Shown here: piece by piece, positions 15,001-53,940 of the stretch | How positions within the stretch are numbered: the stretch's first letter is position 1 | How the letters are laid out: every line of letters starts with the position of its first letter | Assembly: GCF_003704095.1 (NCBI RefSeq) | Contig: NW_020844755.1 | Span: 186,001-250,000 of the forward strand | Source of the DNA: Pocillopora damicornis | Taxonomy: Eukaryota | Reading direction: 5' to 3' | Length of the DNA: 64,000 nt | Program-made: the position numbers and the translations under genes | The notes under the pieces: generated by a model | The model's input: the letters and a program-made list of their open reading frames with translations, nothing else | Told to the model about the DNA's origin: nothing | The model's database searches: none

Positions 15001-18000
15001 CAATGTCGTTGGAGAGAGCAGCCCCAAAGTAGCTACGGCATGTTGATCCGACGCTAGCAATCCCTGCAAGTCATGAACACACCGTTTATTTAAACCTATT
15101 GGGAGATAATTATATTTCTAACTATTTTTCATGATATTTTATTTCATCATTAGGATGAAGACCTTCGAATAAGGATCACAATGATGACGACGACGAAAAT
15201 GATTCCTTTATTTGTACTACTGCTTACGTGGTGTTATAAATACAAAGATCACTCTCATCTTCCTGTATTGATAATAGTAATGATGATTCAACGCGCATGT
15301 CGATAACCATGGCGATAAAGACAACGATCGTGTATGTCACTCAGTATTCAAATTTGAGCGATCAAAAAGAGGAAAAATTTACTTACCCCCAGAACTCCTG
15401 TCAATAGAAAGGGAAATAAAATTTTCGTTAAAATTACATAACTGAAAACGTTCAGGTGCATAACCTGATAATGGGTTATCATCTTTCTCGCTTCGCAATT
15501 TTATTGTCGGTCTCATGAATTACTTGAGCCGCAGGTAAGAGCTGTTATCGTAGTCTAGAGGCTTGCCAGGTACCGATAAAAACAAAAACTTATTTAAATT
15601 ATAAGTGAGTTGAAGGAAGGCCCTTCCACCTTCCCCCTCTCTCCCCCTTACGACTTATCAAACCTCAGACCTTCCGGGTTAATGATAAGAGTAAATCTAC
15701 AGAAATCTGCGTTGTTCATACCAAAAGATGACAAATTACCTTCTCGTGATCAGAACGACAACATCAGCGTGAGCAGGATCATCGTCTGACTCGGGGAAGT
15801 TTTTTCTTGCCCAGCGCTCCATAGCGGAGATTCGCTTACCTCTAGATGCACTTGAATTATAGCCAAACTAGGAAGAGTAACATAAAAAAATTATGTTTGT
15901 CTGGCTGAGAAATTTACAGGTTTATAAAATGGATTAAGATATCATCGGAAAATGAAATAAATAAAAGGCATTTTAATATAGTTTGTACACCATATTGCTA
16001 TCCTCTGAGACAGAACAGGGTCAATATACATATCAATGGCCTCAAGAGTGTTATGGAAGATCGGAACGTTTAATTTGGAGAAGCGCAGAGGATATGACTC
16101 GCAGTATTCCCCCGAGGGGATGAAACTCGGAAAAAATAAATGAAAAGTTACATGTGAGGGGTCTCTGCGCCTAAACGCTCTAATAAGTATGCGAACCAGC
16201 ATAAATTTGAGATAAGAGTTGTAGCCTCAACATTTTATCACATTACACCGGAGCGGTTTGTCGTAGAAACTTGCTGCAGCCACTTATCGCTTACCCCATC
16301 GTTCTTGAGTACCAAACGGACAATCACAGGAGTGATCTTTATTGGGCCAATACTGCTGTCGTGGAAAAGTCTTGAAAGCTTAGAAAAGAAGTTTATTCAT
16401 TAGTTAATTGGCTCTTAGCTAACTTAGACGCTTGCTTGTGAAAAAAGGAAAATGATTTATCTTTCATGTACTGAATATCGCGAGATTTTTCTTAGCTTGT
16501 CTTTTACGTGTTTTGGCATGTTTTTTATAACTTATACTGTCGAATCATTCGTGGAATTTTGTATTTATCACTCTACACTTCGCCATTTTTTTAAAAATTT
16601 GGCTCTTTTCTTTCTTTGCTTGTATTTTAAAATGTTATGTTTTAGTCAGTGAAAGTACTTACAATATGAGCGATAGATAAAAGATGATAAGTCGTTTCCT
16701 CTTCGCCATAGGCTGAGATCACAAAGTTGTCAGCTATCAGAGCCATCTCTAGGAACTTATGTGGAGTTTGACGTTTTTTCCTCCGGAGAAGGCCCGGTTT
16801 AGTCCTTTCAAAAGGCATCCAATCACTCTCTGAAGTGTACAAAAAAAAGACAGCCTTATCGACTCTTTTCCTCCACTGAGGTGGAAGAAAAAGTGACGAA
16901 AGGGTTATCAAAAGGGGATCTACTTAAAAGTAAGACCGGACAGATGTTATGTTGTGGGACATAGAAATGATGTTTGTAATCATTTGAACCTTTTAAAAAT
17001 AACTTTCAACCATCACCTTCGTTATTGTACCTCATTATATTAAGGTTTTTGGTTCCTTCGAAAACAATTTCAAAATCCTTATAACTGCCACTATATCGTT
17101 TCTTGGCTTCTTTAAACTATAAAACCACATTTTAATATCATAACGCTTGGTTCATGTTTTGAAAATTTCAGACTGCATTGAAGGAGTTCAAAGAAAGAAA
17201 TTTATATCGTTATGGCGCAAATGCACAATAACAACGGCAAATAACAAGTTGAATTTCTTACTTGAAATATGGAAATCAGGAGTTAAATCTTGATTGATTG
17301 ACCTTCTGTAGATAATGTGCGGAAGTCCGTGTTGAAGCTGATTCTTTTCAACAAGATTCTGTGAGAGAGGCCTAATGTAAAGTGTGTCCTGGAGAGTTTG
17401 AATGATCCCAGACTGAAAAAGTTCAAAAGAGCCTGGTAGTACCCCAGAGATAAGGTATTTGGTAAAGAAATTATGAGCTCGATCATGCATAGAAATCGAG
17501 ACAAAATAACTCAATTGTTTTAGTATAAATGTACTAGTTTTGCAAACCTTAACATCAACACTGGCGCAAGATCCAGATTCAAGACTCACCAATCCTTTAT
17601 TTCCGCTAATGGCGACCAGTGACTCTGGTTCCGACGTCACATGACCTGTATAATGAACGCCACGTGGCACCTCCTTATAAGTGGACTTTCCACTGTGATC
17701 TACTGTCTCAACTACTGCTCCTGCTGTTATTTTAGGCATTACTTTTGTGACGTTAAGATGAAGTGACCTTCCAAACGCTTCAATTTTGAAGTACCAGAAG
17801 TTTGGCACGCTAGTGGCTCTCCGTGTTCTTTCTTCGTCATGATGAACGTAATCAACGAAACTCCCCGAATCATCCGATTTATAGGGAGCTATCACCTCAT
17901 ATTCTGGGACTACGGTGCAAAAAAATGATGTAGACATTAGAATGGCTCATTACCCAATCATTAATATCCACGCTATTTAATTGGCTATTTTAGGTCATGT

Positions 18001-19932
18001 GGTGCAAGCACGAACTGTACTTGCGCGCTATGAAAATAAATGGGAGGCTCATGGAAAAGATAAACGCTTTTCCGGGATGTTGGCCGGTAATTTCCTCGGC
18101 TGAGATTTCAAATTTGCCATCGAATCTTAGCTTCTTGGCCAAATATTTATTTCTCAGACAATCTCTCAGCCACAGACATTATCAACCCACAAACCAGTCG
18201 ACTGAAATGGTTTATTGACTAATTAGCTTATTTATAGAGGTTTTTCTAGCTTGATCTACGTCAATAAGTTGTGAAAATCGTTGTGAAGCTCCAAAGAAAG
18301 AAATGTGCATCAAACCTTTTTCTCTTGAGTCAACTCCAAATGTTTTCTGTAGTTCACTATCTGCCATGTGCAGGTGAATATCGTGGAACTAGTCAGTCAA
18401 ATAGAACACCAACTGGTTAAAAGGGAATGGGTAACCGTATGATTCTATTCATGATGGTCTTACAATAGCTAAAAAGACAGTAGGAAAACTGTGATTATAA
18501 TCTATTTCCCGATTACCAAACTGACTTAGCTGAGATAATGTAGTATGATCGCCCGCCCAGTTGAGTGTAGTCCTGAGAAGGACTGTTGTCGGTAGTGGTG
18601 ACTGACGTTTCGACAACGTGAGTCATTATCAGAGTCAAGTGAATAGCTGTTGTCAGTCGAATGTTCTAAATCCGGTTCGTATAAGCTGATTGGTCAGTTT
18701 TTCCGAGACTGCAATTTACCTTCCTAATCAAGAAAGTGTAAAGCAAACCTGATTGGAGATGCTCTCGATATATGTAACATAAAATCATAAAATTTATGAA
18801 TAAACAAAAGAGTTTCATCTTCGATCCTCGTGTGGACAGACGAGAACGATACGTTCCCCTCGTATTGACGTACATTTTCTTGGAAGCTTTCATCAATTGA
18901 TTAATTGATTCTAACTTCTTGGATACAACTGAATTTTGCAGACAATAACCTTACCGTGTGTTTTTTGAATAAATTACTGCAGATGACGTCTACCAGAAAG
19001 GAAAGAAAAGAAAATGTTTGGCTAGATACAGAATATTCCTGTAATGGGAGTACTTGCTTAACTTGTGTTGGAAAATTTTAAATAGCACATTTGGATTTAC
19101 CAATTAAGCATGATTGGATGACGTAACAACGTTCTTTGAATGTCACTCTTACCTTTCATATTATTTACTTTTCTCAACCCGGGAGGGCTGAAAAGTCTGG
19201 CCTCCATAACAGTTATTTACTTTAACCATAATTAAGCTTTATGAATGTTGAAATATTGCAAAAAGATCAAATGAATTGCTAAGCAAAAGAATATGGATCG
19301 TATTTTTTTCTATAATAATTTAATCAGCCAATTAGTCCCTTTACCGGTTTCACTTTCCAGATTCCGTTTATCAAAGCACTGAAAATTAAACAATTAGTTG
19401 GCAGTAACTTATCCAAGGAATAAAAATTATCCCTTTGTTAGTAGGGTGAGGAGGGACAAAAGAAAATGTATTATTAATTAGTCGCCCCCCATATCTCTAA
19501 AACATGCATTTAGACACCTTTTAAATAAATGGAACATGTTAAATGTTCTTTATTTTCTAATTGCAAGTGGTTGAAACGCGGTTTAATTTCAACCCTAGAT
19601 CATCATTTCCTTTTAAACTTTTCTTTTAAATGTTAAGCTTGTTGAATAAAATTAAGAATTTTTAAAGAGCCAGTAAAGTGAAATTATTATATGTTCTTGG
19701 AGAGTAAATCATCTTTAATAAACTAAGGCTATCGGGGAAATATTGGAAGTTAAATAAAAATTGTAAACAAGCGGCGAAATATCTGGCACAGGTATAAATC
19801 ATATGGCATCCACCTTCAAAAGAGATGTGTTAGGTGAAAGCAGTAACTAGTTAATAATTACATCAACTTACCTCCGTTGATGAAAATATTCATTAGATAA
19901 ATTGCAAAGAAAATCTTCCATTTCAGATTCAT
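5775..19932 (-). CDS. Gene A: ADAMTS-like secreted zinc metalloprotease (SP-pro-M12B-disintegrin-like-TSP1-Cys-rich-spacer-3xTSP1-WSC-like), 25 coding exons, about 1087 aa
   Basis: Exons in transcript order, all GT-AG and phase-compatible: 19872-19932, 18955-18989, 18316-18388, 17590-17909, 17262-17412, 16663-16829, 16295-16378, 15740-15867, 15387-15397, 14958-15063, 14312-14452, 13463-13619, 12681-12776, 11891-12030, 11673-11739, 11453-11534, 11037-11161, 10788-10911, 10137-10226, 9434-9591, 8845-8980, 8362-8491, 7863-8073, 7238-7397, 5775-6085. They sum to 3264 nt with an open frame. Motifs: signal MNLKWKIFFAIYLMNIFING, furin site RRKKR, HEIAHTMSVGHD, Met-turn IMA, WSNWSGFSNCTRPCGGG, DRCGVCGGDSSTC. 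Confidence 0.92.
6705..6870. mobile_element. Palindromic MITE-like element in the last intron of gene A
   Basis: Imperfect inverted arms: aataatacatg..gtagatatgaaatttctcttc versus gaagagaaattccatatctac..catgtgttatt. Confidence 0.6.
7238..12030 (-). CDS. Gene A central TSP1, Cys-rich, spacer and three C-terminal TSP1 exons (14-24)
   Basis: [33 protein letters not shown]|PKNGGRNC; FRQLQC; NGTRC..DVCIQGKC; IPGPTTEDL; WYSSEWSSCSRTCGKG; CSSTCRGG. Confidence 0.92.
11615..11660 (+). repeat. (CAA)n microsatellite
   Basis: Direct inspection. It is intronic and explains the poly-C and poly-L ORFs in the track. Confidence 0.9.
12681..16378 (-). CDS. Gene A M12B metalloprotease and disintegrin-like exons (7-13)
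   Basis: LFHDSSIG, HADVVVLITR, AIVVAHEIAHT|MSVGHDG, IMAS, WSACS, CLDD, LPGQVVDRDGQC, PADGTRCG. Confidence 0.92.
16663..19932 (-). CDS. Gene A signal peptide, prodomain and start of the catalytic domain (exons 1-6)
   Basis: FHDIHLHMADSELQKTFGV..VPEYEVIAP..FKIEAFGRSLHLNV..HYTGHV..LYIRPL..PHIIYRR matches the reprolysin propeptide pattern. RRKKR|QTPHKFLEMALIAD marks the furin site and the start of the mature domain. Confidence 0.88.
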
Positions 19933-21032
19933 ATTCTGGAAAAAAAATTGACGGCAATGGTACTTGTCATTTAGAAAATGAATACTAAATTTGTTACATT
20001 TTTCGTTCAAGATATTGCGCTAAAATACACTTACGGTAAAAATCGAACCAATGTATAACTTAAGCGATATTGGGTATGTAATCTTTTTAAGTAGAATTTT
20101 GTTTTGCTATTAGGTAGTGCAAAATATTCGTTACAGAGTTTTCAGTATCATTGAGAGTTTTTTTTCCTGCAATTGTCTACAGTTTCACATATTTATATGT
20201 GGACAGCTGGTTAAATTTGTTTGTCAAAATAACATTGCTTTAGTAAATGGACTTTTTGTTTCAAATTTTTTTCTTTTCTTGTTACCAAAATTTTCATTGT
20301 TATCTTTTGTGACATGTTTTATTTAAATGTGACTGAATGTTGATGGAAACGGTTCTCTTTGCAAGTTTTATTATTGAAATTAAATATTAGATCTAAGCAT
20401 ATTTTTAACCGTGTCCTGCTAGTATAATATTTTGTATTTTGTGGTTAACAGATCATTACACTCCTTGTGAAGGTAACGATTTAGTTTTTGTTGTTTTAAG
20501 TCCCTCCTATTGGGGCTTGTGTACGATTTGTTACCAAGAAGTTTTACACTGAAATTTGGGGGTATATCGTGTTTCTCAGTGTGAAAAAGACAGACCGCAT
20601 GGTCCTAAGGACCCCCCTCGCATCCCCCGAGCTGTGACCTTGTATTTATATAAAGAGAGGGGCAGAAGGAGTCTTATGATTATACATGTGTGATAGTCCA
20701 AAGAAGGTTTGCGTAAATTTGAAAGCTAACTTTTCTTAATGTATGAGAATTTATAACATATAATGTTTGGCTAGTGCTATTTTTAGGTTTTTTTTTCTTC
20801 CAAAACTTGTAATTCTTAAAATTAAGAAAAACTTTTCTCTATTTTCACCGTCCAAAATGCTCTCCAATTTAAATTCAAGAGAAAGTATAAAAGTGTTTGC
20901 ATCTCACTTTGTATTAATCATTTGAAACTTTAAAAAGGTGTTCTCGTTGTGTTAGCGCCTGCCTTGAATTGAATTGGAAGTGTAACTAAAGATTGTGTCT
21001 TGTAATTCATAGATCAATTCATTGGTACTTAC

Positions 21033-21132
21033 CTGTGATATCAAATGTATCAGATCTGCCTTTAAGAGGACGCCAAGCTGTAAATTAAGTGTTTGATATC
21101 TTTAGGTAAGGCGTTTGAAATAATGCCTTATA
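21033..21132 (-). promoter_or_regulatory. Candidate gene A TATA box (TATAAG, 21127-21132) and short non-coding first exon ending at 21033
   Basis: A strong CAG|GTAAGT donor lies about 100 nt downstream of TATAAG. The ATG sits 3 nt after an acceptor, so an upstream exon is expected. Confidence 0.45.
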
Positions 21133-21882
21133 AATGATATCAAGATGTACCAATTGACAAAGTCGTAAAATAGACTTTAAAAAAACTTTTTCACATTAAG
21201 TGGTATCACGAGGAAAAAACATGTTTGTTTAGTAGGGAAAGGCCGGAAAACTTAAATTCAGATAGCGACACATTTTGACGCATCAGAAATTCTCTTTGAC
21301 AGAACCATGTGGGAGAAGAAAAAATGAAAGGAAATGGCGTTGGTCAACGACGGAAAAACGTGGATAAACAATTCAGTTGCGCATCTAAGGCTCCGCTCCT
21401 TGAATTTAGAAAAGTTAGATAATGAAGAACAATTTTAGATAAAATGTATTCATATATAAAGCAAAATCTTCAAATATCTGGGGCTACAAAATTTTTAAGG
21501 ATACTACCCTTAGGTACAAATTGTCCCACAGAAAAACTCTCGCCTGGACTCGACAAATTGCCGACCAAGGTTTGAACCATCCCATGTAAGGGTTTCGGAC
21601 GAAAACGAACAATAGCTGCACGTTCCTAAAACTCCTTTTTAGAAAAGAACCCTGTCAAAGACGCTGTCTAGGTCCTAACACCCTAACACCCTGTTAGTTG
21701 GCAGCTCATATCGTTTCAGGCTGATTAAGGTAATGCTTCTCATGGAAGGGGGGAGAGGAGGGGTTCCCATCTTTAGTACTCAGTCCTTGAATACTAACCT
21801 GTGTTGTTGGGCAGCTCCCGAGATCCTTTTAAGAGAAAAGGCTCAGTTGGCACTTGGCCGATGTGATTCGTAGTCGCTAAAA

Positions 21883-21925
21883 GATAGATAGATAGGTAAA
21901 TAGATTGATAGATAGATGGGTAGAC
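21883..21925 (+). repeat. (GATA)n imperfect microsatellite
   Basis: gatagatagataggtaaatagattgatagatagatg. Confidence 0.85.
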
Positions 21926-24855
21926 AAATAATCGGGTTTGCTGAACGAAATATTTGAATAACTAAGAAATGATAGCGAAACGTTAAACGTATGTAGACGA
22001 CATATACGATACTACAACGATCATTTAATTTTTTTATTTTGAATCCCGAAGGGCAACGTTTCAAAAGTCTCGTAAGGACGGAATAGTCCAGGCCCTCTCA
22101 ATTTGTGATAATAAACTCATGTCACTTTTTATTTTCACATTTCAGCATTTCTCGTTAGTACTGTACTACGCCTCTCAAAACTTCCTTCTACGAGTACATT
22201 GACATGCTGCTGTATTCAGAAATCGCTTTCCAGATTGTTAGAATGGACGAAATGAAGATGTACTATCAATGGAACCTTAAGATTGACCTTTAGCTGTCGT
22301 TAGATCGTTTATCATAAACAAAAGACTGACTTAAAAAGACATTTTTAAGAAGACTGAAAGGATTGACAGACTGAAAAATGCCATCTGGCATGACGTTTTA
22401 CTTTAGCGCCTGTCATGAACGAATTGTCTTCATCAGTTCAAGTATACTTATCGGTCGATACGGAATCAGCTCCGGTGGAAAAAAAATCCTTCTTTAACCA
22501 CGGTATGACGTCATGCACGCTATTATTTTTAACCTATATCATTAAAAGTTAGACTTTTTTAGAGCAGGAACAGTGGAAAATAGTTTTAGAAATCAGAGGA
22601 TCTAGAAATCCAGGGTGAAAAAAACAGGATCATATGTGCGTCGACGAGACTAAACACGTTAAAAGGGTTTCAAGCAATCGCGACACCATTCTGATTAATA
22701 ACACGATTCCAAAATATCAGATAAACTTAGAGCCAAGCTTGCTGAAAGCAAGAAAAGCAAAATTCTTTTCTCGGGTCACTTAATTTTTATCCAATCCTTA
22801 AGTAGATACAAACGCAATATAGAACGATATCTCCTGTAAACAATCGGCACAAGTGCCTTAAAAGTAAGTAACAAAAAAATAATTTGAGACCGTTATGCTG
22901 TTCGGGAAAAGTAATTTTATTCTGTATTTTTCTTTTATATTTTCGACGGCAACAAATACAAGCCACTCTCGTTAAGGGAGGGGCAAATTAATTTGTTCAT
23001 CTTTTATCCAAAACGATTTCAATCTTCATGGCTGTGTCTTTTACATTTGGTTCTACAAAACAAAAACTGAACGAGTAATTTGAATTCGCGTACAAATTTA
23101 ACAATGTCATTTCATGAATAGTGGACTAGTGGGTTTCCTAGGATGCAGGTAGGTGTGAGATAATTCCGCCATTGTTTACTCATTTTGTAACAATGTCCCA
23201 CGCTTTTGACACTTAAATCGAACCTTTTCTCTTATTTGTTCTTTGATTTGTGACGTATTGAAAAATGTTCCAGATGTTTCGGGGGAGTTTTGTTGAAAAG
23301 AAACATTGGGTGGTTTCTGTTTCTGTTTTGATGAAACTTCATGCTACTGTGTCTCTTTCAAGGACACCATACACTGTTTGATGTTTCATTCAGTGCTGAG
23401 GATCAGCAAAAATCGCAAAAGGCGTCTAGCTGAATACAGAAAAAGATCAAGCATATGTCCTTTTCACGCCAGAAAAGATATGTTTAACCAATTGAACTAT
23501 AAAAAGAAAATTTTCAGGGATTCAATGAATCATCAACTTGTGCTTTCATTGTGCTAGATTTGAGGTTGACAACCATCGGTTTCAGGAGCTCCAATTCTAT
23601 ACAGAAATTCATTTTTAACCTTGTTTAACAAACCAGCTTTAAAAGGTGTTTTATCTCTGGTGTAGATTAGGTTTAAGATTGGAGTGCAGTTTTCAAATTT
23701 GAAACTTTCATTTATTCTGATCATAACAATTTTAATATGAGATAACTGGGAAACAGGGAAACAGTTATCGCTAGGGCCACCATAACTTTGCACTTTTCTT
23801 TTTACCCAATAAGTAGCTAGTCTTGTTAAACGATAAAACTAACTCGAATATTTCGATGTAAGTCGTTACAACAAATCTATGTCTTTATGCACTAGAAATG
23901 AAATATTTTTTTTTAATGTGTAAGTGACTGTTTTAGATCATCAAGTTATCACTATCTTCTTATCCTAAAAACACCTCCCCTTCCCAATACCCGGAAATGA
24001 TTAAGATTACAGGGTATCACTTCAACTAGATATAGAAGCACATTGAAGAATAAATTTATGGAGTACTTAAAAGGCCATCTCGAATGTTTAGAAAAGACAA
24101 TTGTGCTTTGCTTTCTTAAATGCTGCAGTTTTTCGCTCCAAAAATGTTTGGAAGAGCTATGGGATCTATTTTATAACGATAACGTGCAGTTTTGAGGCCG
24201 TGAAGTTCATTTTTTCACTCCTTTTGATTTTTGTTTCCATGTGTCTATAAATCAGTAATTTCCATATTTTCTTTCAGATTTCATCGCTTTATTCAGCTCA
24301 CACAGAAATATTCTTATAACGATATGAAAATGATTTATGTGAGGAGTTGACGAATAAGAACTGAATATGTCATCGTTTCGTTTCTTTTTTCAAGTCTTTA
24401 CAAAAAGATGATAAAACCAATCTCTAAATAGAAATATCTAATTCAGAGTTATTGATTGCTATTTTAGCTAAGTTGGAGTATTTTCCTGAGGGTTTAGACT
24501 GTGCATACATAGAAAGACCCGCATGCATTTGATAGATAAAAATTCGTCTTCATAAAATTAATATCCTGTTATATATTATTTCTTTTTGTTGTATCACTCC
24601 TAAAACTGTCGATTTTTTCAGTTTAAATCTGTTTGAATTCCAAATTTCACCTGTATTCTCAGCTTGTCTACCCTAAAAATTCGCTTTATCTCCTCTAAAA
24701 AAGATTATCATTACTTTAGACTATGAGAAGTCCTGATTTTATCAGTGAAGATAGGCCAGACTCGCTTAAAAACATTACCTAATACATTTTATTATTAAAA
24801 TTCTCATTTAAGCGAACAATAATCTCTTATCTCAGTGATTACTAAGCATATATAA

Positions 24856-25070
24856 TGACGTCAGTTGCGTGATTCTTTTTAATATTTTGAACTCTTATTT
24901 ACACAATATAGTGTTGGTACTCTAATACAGGAAATTGCTCGTCAAAGTCTTTTTCAAAAAAGGGATTACTGTCTCTCTATAAGAAACAGCAGCGAAGTTT
25001 AGAGTGGGATGTTATTTACTCAAAGGACAACACTTATCTACTGTTTATTTACTTTTGGTGGGGTGATAAG
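24856..25070 (+). promoter_or_regulatory. Candidate gene B promoter: CRE palindrome TGACGTCA (24856-24863), TATAAG (24978-24983), non-coding exon ending at 25070
   Basis: AAG|GTAAGG donor about 92 nt after TATAAG. The ATG at 26277 lies 1 nt after an acceptor. Confidence 0.5.
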
Positions 25071-26276
25071 GTAAGGTCATTAAATATTAAGTCTTTTAAC
25101 TACTAAAATCTTTGTTTAACATTCGTCATGATTTGTTTAGATCGTGGGACAAAAAGTAAATTTGAGTTTCCCGCAAGGTTTAAGATCACAGTATTTTCTG
25201 GCATCTTGGTTGCATATTTAACCGCTTGAGCTACAGAGAACTTGTTCGCGAGCCTTGGAATATTCTTGGTGCATGTTGAAGTGGAGAACAGAGCAGAAAC
25301 TAAAATTGTCAGCTTCAACCTGTTGAGTGCATTAGCATCATACCGTGATAATCCTAATGAGACGACTCTTAAATCTTAAAAGTAACTGTTGTCAAAGCTC
25401 AACATTATTGCAAAAGAAGACACTTCTTTCAAACCAGCTTCTTAGTTTTCAAAATGAGTTTGTTTTAGAAATCCAATAAAACAGACATTTTCAAAATCTC
25501 AGCATATCATGAGAACCAATCAAAATAGTACACCTGGGTACTAATAAATGGACAATTTAAAATCTTTATTGAAAAGGACACCTTAAACCGTTATAATTCA
25601 TTCCTAAGAAAATCTTTGATAAAGTTTCTTCTGGTTAAATTCCATCTGTGAAGAATTAGCTGCAATTTTCTCCAAAAAGCCAGTAAACGGTATGTTGTGG
25701 TCTTATATTCAGGTATTTTCGAAGGTAACGATAACAATGTAACCATGTGACAATGCATTGTTTCTATTATTCCTTTTTTTTTTTCATCTTTAAATTTCAA
25801 CAACGGCTGTAAGTTTTCATTTTCACCCCATTCATTAAGCTCTGCGAGTAATTTGTTCCTATTAAGTTCGTTCGACTCTTTTCCTCTTCCTAAGAGAATT
25901 AGCTGTTGCTGAACGTGCCCACGGCTTGAATACTTAGGAATGATAGGTGACAACCATTAGCAAGGATTGTTAGCAAATTTTTTAAATGAACTGTACTCTA
26001 ACTTTTGAACAGCAATATCGTGCATCAGGCTATTGATAATATTTTCCCAAAATTGTTCATCCTAACAACTCTTTAGAGCCACCTTATGCAAAGAAGCAAC
26101 CGAATCGTCTGAAATAGACTGCCTGAAAATAACCTAACTACAAGGAAAATTACCTTTGGAAGATAAACGTTTCAGTATTACATTGATTAACAATAGCATC
26201 CAGTGCCCTCTAAGATAACAATGTATTATTTCTTTTATAATTCATTGACTTTTGATTCTTGTTTCGTCTTTACAGG

Positions 26277-53940
<27,664 letters not shown>

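Noticed and set aside
19153-19230. Strong minus-strand donor (AAG|GTAAG) suggesting an extra gene A exon
   Set aside because: The available acceptors give in-frame stops, and exons 1-2-3 already join in frame.
25103-26150. Minus-strand ORF fragments in the putative first intron of gene B, possibly a decayed transposase
   Set aside because: Multiple stops, no motif or terminal repeat I can identify; a tBLASTx search would be needed.
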